From the human T2T-CHM13v2.0 reference genome, Homo sapiens: 64,000 nt of DNA. Made by a program: the position numbers and the translations under genes. Of this stretch, positions 1 through 15,509 are shown piece by piece. The notes under the pieces are model-generated. The model did no database searches. It had not been told where the DNA came from and saw nothing but the letters and a program-made list of their open reading frames with translations. Where the stretch lies: the NCBI RefSeq assembly GCF_009914755.1, contig NC_060941.1. The stretch is one strand, 5' to 3'. The stretch's first letter is position 1. Every line of letters starts with the position of its first letter.

Positions 1-104
1 GCTGTTAACTCTTTGAGGACAGGTTACATTGTCTGTGTTTCCCAGCAGCATACTGTGTCTAGTAGTAAACTTGATATACAAAAGATGTTCAGCATATAAA
101 ACCA

Positions 105-300
105 GCTACTGTTCTAAGCACTTTATAGATTTGAATTTATTTAATCTTCCCCAAAATCCTCTGAAGTAGATACTCGTATTTTCCTCATTTTACAGATGGG
201 GAAAGGTGAGGGACAGAGAAAGGCTTACGAAAAGTTGCAAAGTAGAAGATTCAATCCAGGAAATTTGGCTCCAGAGTCCCAGAGCTTAACTACTATACTA
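105..300 (-). mobile_element. MIR SINE
   Basis: Core motif CCTCATTTTACAGATGGGGAAAGGTGAGGGACAGAGA. Similar MIRs lie at ~3140-3320, ~8295-8525, ~34870-34990 and ~37795-37880. Confidence 0.7.
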
Positions 301-2225
301 TATAGCCTGAACTAAAGGGGAACGAGGACAGGGAATACTAGTTAATATGAATATTTGAGCACTTATCTAAAAGCACTTTCACACATATTATATGAGGCCA
401 TCAAGAGTCTCCTCATTGTGGGAAACTAGCCAGAAGTTCATCCCTGAAATACCATATACTCAGATTCTTCCTATAGGCACAGAAAAATGAAAATCAGTAA
501 AGGGCACATGCAGACTTATTTTGTAAAAAATTCCATGGACACCTGGTAGGTAGGTTTGATTTATAGGCTAATGTCTAAGGGAAGAATTGTATTAGAGTAT
601 GAAAACCTTTCATATGGGGCAAAGCAGCTACTTTCTCAGCTATTCCAAGAACTGTGAGTCTCTCCCTAAAGCCAACAATTGAGGGTGTGTATGTGGGGTG
701 GTAGGAAGGGTGGATATAGTGGTGATTCCCTAGTGTATTATTGTTTTTAAAGGAGTCTGGCTTTAGGGAGCTCTTGCAGATGCCTTTATTGGCAGTGTCA
801 ACCGTTTCTTTGAGTTGCCATGGCACCCAAAAGACAAAGTTGGGGGGCTGTCTATTAGTGAATGATTAGGAGCCAAATAAAAAGGAAAGTTCTTTGAGGG
901 AAGGCTGGGGTTGTTTGGGGAGCGGGGTGGAGCTGGGTGTTTAAGTATTGATATAGGGTTAATCCAGACAACTCTTGGCATGACCCATACACAAGCAACA
1001 AAGACCAGAACAAACAGGAAGGCTTACCTAGGAGCTTTCCAGCATGGTTTCTTCTTCCTAATTGCCTACGTCTAAGAGAGATCTGAGTAAGTGACCAGAG
1101 GAGAGGTCTGAAGCTAGCAACTGTTCAGCACTGAAAATGTTAAGTATTAATGGTGCCCTGTAGGGACAAAAAGAGTCTTTGGGCTCCTCAGAAAGTGAGG
1201 GAACAGCAGGAGCTGCCTGTACCTGAATAAAATTCACCAGGGAGGTGAGTGAGATTTCTGTTTGGGATGAATTCCTGGTGACACAGCCATATGGCTTTTA
1301 CTGACTGCCATCCTCCAGACAGTATACTCTTTTTGGGGAGAAGCTAAAGTATACAGAAGATTGTGCTTTCCTCACTGTCATCTTTAATCCCTCCCCCATC
1401 ATTAGCTGGAACTCTTAAATGAAGACTCAAGTGTCCCAATCTATCCTTCCAGCCTGAATTCCTGCCCAAGATCAAGGGTCCTCCTTCCCTTTCCCCAAGC
1501 CACTTCCCCACATCTCTGATTTTCTCCCTAGAGTAGGAGGCTCCAGGGGACCACAGCTGACTCTGCCAGGCACAGAGGGTTGAGTCATTCTGCAGGCGTC
1601 AGAGCTGTTAGCAACAGCTCTGCTGATCTGTATGCAGCTCCAACTCCCTCTCCAGTTCAGAGTTTTGGAGCCGTCTTGTTCAAAAGTAAAGAACAGAACA
1701 CAGATGGCTGGTAACAGGATCCCACAGGGGCCTCCTTTCCCACTGAGCCCATCCTGCTAATCCTTTTACAGAAGACAAAATAAATGGTGAGTAGAGAGAG
1801 AGGAAAAAAAAAAAGAGTATCGGCTTCTGCACTGTTCTGTGGGTCCTAGTGGAAGGTCTCTGGTAACAACCCCAAGCTACTCACTAAATTTCCTAGGCAT
1901 ATTCCCTTCCTGATCCTTCTTTCTCTTCATCCACTTCATTTCCCTTCCAATCTCCCATTCTCCAACCCAGTTTCCTTTTCTCTGTAGTATCTATTAATCT
2001 GATGGAGTATTTTGCCCAAATGCCTTCTATTTGTGCCAGGCAATTCTAATCCTTATGTGTATAGGACAATCAAAAATACTAGGAGTTCTTGGCTGGGCGC
2101 GGTGGCTCACGCCTGTAATCCCAGCACTTTGGGAGGCCGAGGTGGGCGGATCAGGATGTCAGGAGATCGAGACCATGCTGGCTAACACGGTGAAACCCCA
2201 TCTCTACTAAAAATACAAAAAATTA

Positions 2226-2423
<198 letters not shown>

Positions 2424-2633
2424 TCATTTCATCAACCTTATCTCTTGGGAGGTCCCCATAGTTCCTTCTCTTCTACTGAGGTAGCACTGTGCATTATAAA
2501 GAACACAGACTTTAGGTCAGGACGGTGGCTCACACCTGTAATCCCAGCACTTTGAAGGCCGAGGTGGGTGGATCACTTGAGGACAGGAGTTTGAGACCAG
2601 CCTGGCCAACACAGCGAAACCCCATCTTTACTA

Positions 2634-2756
<123 letters not shown>

Positions 2757-2937
2757 TCACACTCTAGCCTGGGTGACAGAGTGAGACTCCGAACCCTGTT
2801 CTAAAAGATACATAAACAGGCCGGGCGCGGTGGCTCACGACTGCAATCCCAGCACTTTGGGAGGCTGAGGCGGGCAGATCACGAGGTCAGGAGATGGAGA
2901 CCATCCTGGATAACACGGTGAAACCCCGTCTCTACTA

Positions 2938-3198
<261 letters not shown>

Positions 3199-3609
3199 CT
3201 ATGAACTCCAGGTATGGCATCTGATGATATCTATAGTAGCATCTACTTTGCCAGCTGGCTTACAGATTAGATAGAGGTAAAACATACTATCTGGAATATA
3301 ATAGGTCCCCAATAAATATTAATTCTCTCTCTATCCCCCTGTTGCTGTAAGTGCCAGGTCCCTGTTTTCAACAACTGAAAAAAAAAATCTCCCACTGAGA
3401 AAGTTAGCATTCACGCTCAATTGCTGCTGATACCAGTGAGGTAAGAGAGTGGGAAGTGTGGGTGAGTTTTGCAAGACTAGAAGTCTTTGTAAAAACTAGC
3501 ATGTGAATACACTAACGTTGGTTTTCCCCAATATAGGGATTCTTGGTGAAGAGTGCTGGTTTCCTCATGTTGGTGCTGCAGCATGGTTGATACTAATTTA
3601 TTTTCCTTA

Positions 3610-3948
<339 letters not shown>

Positions 3949-4951
3949 TCAAAAAAAAAAAGAAAAGAAAATACGATGCTGGTTTGCTGATTGTGTGGCT
4001 TTAGGTAAGTTCTTATCCCTCTCTGGGCTTCACTAGAACAAAAGATTACTGCTCCTCTTCACTCCAGGAAATTAAGAGGATTCGTTGAAGTTTGTGTAAA
4101 CTCCAGGTGAAAAGTTAAGTACAGGATGGTATTATCCTTGGCACTGAGAATCCCGGAAGTGTTTTTGCACAATCAGGTCAAATGCCATTGTTTAGTTTAT
4201 GTGATTACCAAAGATTCAGCTGACACAGAGTTATGGTTTGACATGGTTCCTTTGTTCCGGATAATAAACATGTGTAATGTCAATTATACTAATGTGTTTT
4301 GTTCTAGTCGAAACAAGAAGGAGGCTGGTGATGAGGCTGGGACATCATACTTCATTCTCTCTGACCAGGCGCACTCTGACAACACGTTTTTCCTGTCTCT
4401 CTTTGTAACTGGTAATTAGGTTCTCAGCTGAGCTGTTAGGAATCTTGATAGGTTTCCCAGGCAGTCACCATCTGACAATTTACAACTTTGGGCTTTTCAC
4501 AACTGGCGTGTTCTCTTCCAGGGAACGAAAGTTTCTCAATCTTATGTTCCTCCTATCATTCAAAGAGTCTGATCTGAGAGAAATGCTAGCTTTCTCAATG
4601 CATTATCTAATTCCAAAGCAGACTGTTGGGTCTCTTAGCAGTGATGGGGAAAATCTCTGTGTTCATGTGTGTCCTGAGCAATAAGGGTTGCCCCTATGGT
4701 GTAATAATGGAGTGAAAGTCATCAAAGCCAGAAGTGGCATGGCAGTATGGGAATTTAACATAGCCTTTCAAAAGGAGAGGAAATAATAGTAAAAATTAGT
4801 ACAGTTGCTTTTTCTTTCTTTTTAAAAATAGATGGATCACGAGGTCAGGAGAGCGAGACTAATCCTGGCCAACAGGGTGAAACCCCATCTCTACTAAAAT
4901 ACAAAAAATTAGCCAGGCGTGGTGGCACGCACCTGTAGTCCCAGCTACTCA

Positions 4952-5394
<443 letters not shown>

Positions 5395-5682
5395 TTAATT
5401 TTGTAAAGGTGTGATAATGATATTGTGGTTATGCTACAATAAAGGTCTTTGTTACAGATACATACTGAAGTATATACAGGTGAAATGTTATGATGATTTA
5501 TAAGAGGTTTATTTAAAAATACTCCAGGGGCCTCGGTGAGGTGGCTCATACCTGTAATCCCAGCATTTGGGAGGCCGAGGCGGGTGGATCACGAGGTCAG
5601 GAGTTCGAGACCAGCCTGGCCAAGATGGTGAAACCCTGTCTCTACAAAAAATACAAAAAAATTAGCTGAGCATGCTCTACTA

Positions 5683-5991
<309 letters not shown>

Positions 5992-7134
5992 CTATCTCTA
6001 CAAAAAAATTTTAAAAATTAGCTGAGCATGGTGGCACACACCTGTAGTCTTAGCTACTTGGGGGGCTGATGGGGAGGATTGTCTGAGCGCAGGAATTTGA
6101 GGCTGCAGTGAGCTATGACTGTGCCACTGCACTCCAGCCTCGATGATAGAGCGAGACCCTGTCTCTAAAATAAATTAAAAAAATAACAAACTCCAGCAGG
6201 GAGAATAAAGGTTTATGGGAGAAGAGGTAAAAGATAATGATAAAGTGTTTATACTAGTTGAAGCTAGGTGATGAACACCTGGAAGTTTATTATTTATTGC
6301 ACTCCTTTTGAATGTTTGAAATTTTCCATAAAAAATTTAAAAAATACTAGGGAAAGCCTGAATCTCTTTCCACTCCCAAATGTATGAAATAACTAGAAGA
6401 GAACATTCTTGCTATAACAATTTCAGGAAAATAGATGAGGATTGGAGGGGCATCTTTTAAGGGGTAGGTGAAGGAAGAGGACCCTGCCAGGACAGGAAGG
6501 TGGAAGGAAATCTGGTTTTGAGTGGTGTTGAAAAAGCCAAGGAGGAACACAGTTTCAAGATGGAAGGACTGTCAATGACGTCAAATATTGCAGATGACAG
6601 GAATAAAACTATTAAATGACTTCACTAGACATTGCAACCAGGAAGTCAGTCTTGACCTTGGCAAGATCAATATTAGTAGAGGGGGGTGGGAAGATAGATA
6701 ATTTGGAATTCCAAGAAGCTTGGCTATAGACAGGAGAGATGAAAGTAATCTTTCTTTTCTCCCCAAAGAAGAAGAAACTAGGGCATGTTTTTAATGCTGA
6801 GGGGGAGTTGCCATTTGAGAGTGGTTGACAACATAGGTGAAGAGAGGAATGACCAACTCAAAGAGCAAGGACCCTTACTACAAGAGGTAGTATTGAGAAC
6901 AAATCATATACACATCCCATTGAAGCAGATAGCTTCCTTTTCTGATCCTTAGAGTTAATTTTTATTTTTTTATTTTCAAGACAGAGTCTCACTCTGACAC
7001 CCAGGTTGGAGTGCTGTGGGCCACTGTGGCTGGCTGTGAGCTTTTAAAACAAACAAACAAAAAGCAGGTTTGGTGCAGGGGCTCACACTTATAATCCTAG
7101 CACTTTGGGAGGCGGACGTGTGAGGCCTGCTTGA

Positions 7135-7323
<189 letters not shown>

Positions 7324-7933
7324 TAGTCGCACATTGCCACGCCCAGCTAATTTTTTTGTATTTTAGTAGAGACGTGTTTTCACTGTGTTGCCCAGCCTGG
7401 TCTCAAACTCCTGAGCTCAGGCAATCCGCTTGCCTCGGCCTCCCAAACTGCTGGGATTACAGGCGTAAGCCACCAAGCTCAGCCTTTTTTTTTTTTTTTT
7501 TTTTTTTTTGAGACAGAGTCTTGCTCTGTTGCCCATCTCACTCAAACATGTCTACAGAAGGATGCCTGATAGAAGTGTGGTTTTACAGGCTGGAAAATAA
7601 AGCTGATCATGTACGGAGTTGCTTCTTGAGCTCCATATTCTCATATAATGTGATCCATTTTGTGAAAATCTTTTTAAAATGCCAATCCTTTTAAAATGCC
7701 CTGCACATGGAGGCAGCATATTCTTCTATTTTAACCTACAAGAATAGATAAATACTGGGCCAAGGTACGTAACAGTTGGTAGAATACAACTTGATATAAG
7801 AAAGTCCTGACCTAGGCCGGGCGCGGTGGCTCAAGCCTGTAATCCCAGCACTTTGGGAGGCCGAGGTGGGCGGATCACGAGGTCAGGAGATCGAGACCAT
7901 CCTGGCTAACACGGTAAAACCCCGTCTCTACTA

Positions 7934-8101
<168 letters not shown>

Positions 8102-9208
8102 TCAGTCTCAAAAACAAAAACAAATTGACTTTGGGTTGGGCATAGCAGCTCACTCCTGTAATTCCAGCTACTCAGAAGGCTGAGGTACGAGAATTGCTTA
8201 AACCCAGGAGGCAGAAGTTGCAGTGAGCTGAAATTGTGCCACTGCACTCCAGCCTGGGCAACACAGTGAGACTCTGTCTCAAAAAAAAAAAAAGACATTG
8301 ACTTTGGAGTTCCACTTCCATCACTTACTAATGTCGGTAGCTGCCCTTACTTTGTGTCATTCTCATAACCAAGCTGAGGATTCTTTTCTTTATCTGTAAA
8401 ATGGGGTTAATATTACCTTCTTCAGAGGGTCATGTGAAGATTAAGTAAGTAAGATTAAGTAACATGTAAGGTGCTTAGCACCATGCCTAGTCCATGGAAA
8501 ATGTTTTAAAGTGTTAGCTATTACTGTGTATGTGCAAGGAGGTAAATATTCATCCCACTTCTCTGACACTACCCTCTGGCAGGCATCCCATGATCAGTGC
8601 ATCATGGTTGATTGTCTGGGACATCTGTGGCTATAGGAAGGGTTGGGCAGCATGTTTGTGGACTGAGAGGTTTTTGGAATGTATCTTCAGGACGAGTTGG
8701 TGATTTTATTATGCCCTTTGCTATGGCTGACATCTGCCAGGATTTAAAAAAATCTACATGAATTCCTACCAGATTTCTGCCACACATCATATGAAACACA
8801 AACAGCTGGCAATCAAAACATAAAATAAGTTAATATTTTATTGGCTTGGGATTTTCTTTAGGCTTCCTCTTTGGACTTCTCTTTACTAAATAGGAGTAAT
8901 ATACTAGTAGGAAGTCTTTTGGGGCCAGGTGCACTGATTCATGCATGTAATCCCATGACTTTGGTAAGCCAAGGCAGGAGGATCACTTGAGGCTAGAGTT
9001 CGAGACCAGCCTGGGCAACATGGCTAGACCCTGTCTCTACAAAAAATAAAATAAAAAATTATCTGGGCATGGTTGTGTGTGCTTGTAAGTCCCAGCTACT
9101 TGGGAGGCTGAAGGTGGAGGATCCCTTGAGCTCAGGAGTTCGAGGCTGCAGTGAGCTATGATCACCACTGTACTTCAGCCTGAGTGACAGAGCAAGACTC
9201 TGTCTTAA

Positions 9209-9499
<291 letters not shown>

Positions 9500-10003
9500 T
9501 GATCCGCCCGCCTCGGCATCCCAAAGTGCTGGGATTACAGGCGTGAGCCACTGTGCCCGGCCCAAATCAGCTTAAGGGTGGGAAAAAAGAAATATATTAG
9601 GCCCTGTAACTGAAAAATCAGTGCCACAGGAGCTTAAAAAGTTTTGTTAAGTGTTTGACTCTGTCTCCCTTTTTTCTGTCTCTCCACACACCACACCCAG
9701 CTCCCAATCCCTGGGTATTTTTCTTTATAGATTGGGTTTTGTTATAAAGTTGAGTGTCCATACTGGGTCAGGGGATACAGCTGGTGAACTTGGGTGCTTC
9801 CCACTGCTGCCACCTAGTTTTAATACACCTCAACACTGAATGCTGTCATGGATACTGTCTACACACAGGAAATGAATCAGGAAAATTTCTAATATCTGTT
9901 TTAATCAAATGCTTCCTTTGGCCAGGTGCAGTGGCTCATGCCTGTAATCCTAACAGTTTGGGAAGCCAAGGTGGGCAGATCACTAGAGGCCAGGAGTTCG
10001 TTA

Positions 10004-10216
<213 letters not shown>

Positions 10217-10957
10217 TCAAATGCTTCCTTTACTGATATGTTGTATTATACCCACTAGAGACAGTGAGTGTCTCAAAATTCAGGTTTTAAACAACCTCTC
10301 CTACATAACCTGCTCTCTCCTACTCACTGCCCAGAAACCCCCGAAGAAGGGACAGAGGTCTGGCCCGGATATCATATGGCACCATGTAAATGGTTATCAT
10401 GAAACTTGCCTTTTATTTCTCCTCTTCATAAATTTACTCAACACAGAAATGTTAGAATGTTGTAAATGTAGAATTTGAAGGCATTTGAGACTTTGTGAGG
10501 ATGAGATCAGAACTTGGAGCTTATGAACCATAGACATGCTTCTATAAGCAATTTAAGCAGGCTTCACATAGATCATATGGAGGAAAGCTTGCATCTTGGT
10601 AGTTTATTTTATGCAACAGAGGGATGCTGGATGAGGGAGATGGGGTCTGTGTGGGAGGAACTCCATAGAAAGTCTAGATTTACATCATCCCAGTTTATGA
10701 GCCCAAAGGCAAAGCAAAACTTCTCACTCTCACAAAGCAGTATATAAAATCCAAATGAACATCTCTGAGTGGTCCAGCTTGGGCTCTGGGTCATGTACCC
10801 TTCCCTGGCCCAGTTGCTTCACCAAGGGGTGAGCTATTTTGGTTGCCCACGCTGTGACGGCGTGCCCATCTGTAGCAAGAGGCCCAGAGTAACAACCCCA
10901 CAAGAACTCCACAGAACAACAGACAGGAAAGTTCTCTAAGAACTGTAGAGTAATTAA

Positions 10958-11245
<288 letters not shown>

Positions 11246-12029
11246 TAGGGTACTTTTTGCCAGAAGAAGAGGGAGAAATTTGGGACAGACAAGAATAACA
11301 GATGTTCACTACAAGTGGAATAGAACTGCTAGTGAGGCTAACTGATACGTTTTTTGTGGGGATGCTAGCTAGAGTAGAATATATTAGCACTTGTGGTCAG
11401 GTGAAATAAAGCAGCTATCACCTGGATACAACAGAACTTTCATATCCAGACAGGATCTTCACTATAAGTCTGAGACATGGGTAGGGCATATTCATTTTAC
11501 AGTATATGCTTTTGGGAGTCAAGAGACACAGAGAAGCATAGCAGAAAACACATCATTTACATGACAGGACCGGCTATAACTCCGATACGTACATCAGTTT
11601 GGGAAGCAGGTGACTTCTAGACATTCTTAGAACCTTAGACAATCCTGAAAACATTTGACATGTGTAAGACTCCAGAAATACCCATCGGCCAGGCACATAG
11701 TGCCAAAGTGACAGTAACCTCCAGAGAACTCTAGCATGTGTGTACACCTTTTCCTAGAGTTCTCTGTCACACTAACATTTGCAGCAGCTATTCTTCCATA
11801 CACTCCAGGCAAACAGCTTTCATTCACTCACTCTTCTTGACATCTCCCACACCTAACCCAATTTCTGACACATAGGAGAAAATGTCTGCAGAATTATTGA
11901 ACTGATAGCAAACATTTGTTGAATGTCATTATGTACATTATGCTAAGTTTGTGGACATAGATATAAATAAGACAAATATTCATATGCTTGTGAAGATCAC
12001 AGCCTGGTGGGAAAGGCCAAAAAATAAAC

Positions 12030-13830
<1,801 letters not shown>

Positions 13831-13996
13831 CTATGGCCAGCCTGGTCTCGAACTCCTGACCTCAGGTGATCCGCCCGTCTCAGCCTCCCAAAGTGCTATA
13901 ATTACAGGCGTGAGCCACCGGGCCCGGCCCAGAGTTAATTTTTATTCATGAAACTCATATAACAGGTTTATTTATTTCAGTCGTTTTGTTGGTTAA

Positions 13997-14351
<355 letters not shown>

Positions 14352-14969
14352 TTACACTTTTAGGTTCTTGAATAAGTACTGAGGGAGTTTTCCCTAAAAA
14401 AAAAAAAAAAGTTTTGAGATAAAAGAATAAAAACTCTACTTCTTCTTTGCATAGGAGTCTTTAGTTTGTTTGCTGCTCTTGTTCCAAAACTTCTCATTAC
14501 TCAACCTACTAAACCCACAGACACTTTTCAAGAAGTTATCTCTTTTCTACATCACCAATATATAGGGTGGCTTAGATCTGTATTTCCAAGTCTTACTGTC
14601 GTTCCAAGAATTAGTATCAACTATTAGAATCTCAAAAACTCAACTGCATACTGATTGCGCTGCCCAGTGTACCTCTGAATCCCACGGGGGAGGGGGTGTA
14701 GAACCGAGTTGTGCAGGAATGGGATATTCCACACTTCAGGGCAAACTTATTCGCAGGATCAGTGGCGGGCTTTGGAGGTGGGAAGCAGGAAGGAAGGGGA
14801 ATGCAGATAAACTCTTCTTCTTCAGATCTCCGGGGTGAAATGAATGCACCTGACGCCCGCGTGGCATTAGAAGCTCCGCGAACTCAGTGAGGCCATGCTG
14901 GACAGAGGCTGGAACTCCGGGCCACCGGGACAACTCTGCCCGTAGCAAGCCTTGCGCGCTCCTGTGAGG

Positions 14970-14988
14970 GCGCGCGCGCGCGCATGTA
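14970..14988. repeat. Alternating purine-pyrimidine tract G(CG)6CATGTA
   Basis: 19 consecutive alternating bases upstream of the TSS region. Confidence 0.9.
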
Positions 14989-15026
14989 GTCGTGTCTCGC
15001 GCAGGGTCCGGCCTGTCAGGCGGAAA

Positions 15027-15038
15027 ATCTCGCGAGAT
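15027..15038. promoter_or_regulatory. Perfect CGCG element ATCTCGCGAGAT (BANP / ZBTB33-associated motif)
   Basis: Exact palindrome TCTCGCGAGA at 15028-15037, extended by A/T; degenerate copies at ~14995 (TCTCGCGCAG) and ~15243 (ACTCGCGAAC). Confidence 0.85.
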
Positions 15039-15397
15039 CGGAGACGGGGGATGACGGTCTGGAGGAGGGGAGTGGTGTCGGGTAAAGGGGGGGAAGCTGG
15101 GCAGCGGCCGGGCTCTGTGGCTTCAGGGCTCGGGGAGAGAGAGGGAGGGTGGCAAAGAGACTGAGTCGGTGCCGCCGCCTGCCTGAGGAGAGAGGAGGGG
15201 TCCCGCTCGCCCTGCGCCCTTCGCGGGCCGAAAGCACTAGGCACTCGCGAACATCTGAGGCCTCCCGGCCCCGGGGGACCCCGCCCCGCCGTCCGCCGGC
15301 CGGCCCGCGGCCTCTCTTCCCTTTGTGAGCGCCTCCTTACCAGGGGTGGTGTTGGTGGCGGAGGGCTGCGCGTGGGCCCGCCCGCCGAGGGGCCGCG

Positions 15398-15466
15398 GCG
15401 GGGGACCGAGAGGGCCTCGGCTGTGTGAGGACTAGAGGCGGCCGAGGCCCGGGCCGGTTCCCCCGA
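15398..15466 (+). ncRNA. MIR4523: pre-miRNA hairpin mir-4523 (mature GACCGAGAGGGCCTCGGCTGT at 15404-15424)
   Basis: GCGGGGGACCGAGAGGGCCTCGGCTGT...GCGGCCGAGGCCCGGGCCGGTTCCCCCGA matches recalled hsa-mir-4523; arms are complementary (CGGGGGA with TCCCCCG, GGGCCTCGGCTGT with GCGGCCGAGGCCC). Confidence 0.9.
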
Positions 15467-15500
15467 GGCGGCGACGGAGACGGCTCCCGGCACTTCCCCG

Positions 15501-15509
15501 CGCCATCTT
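15501..15509 (-). promoter_or_regulatory. YY1 motif CGCCATCTT (AAGATGGCG on - strand)
   Basis: Exact match to the YY1 consensus CGCCATNTT. Confidence 0.7.

Noticed and set aside
7544-7563. Perfect p53 half-site AAACATGTCT
   Set aside because: No adjacent second half-site.
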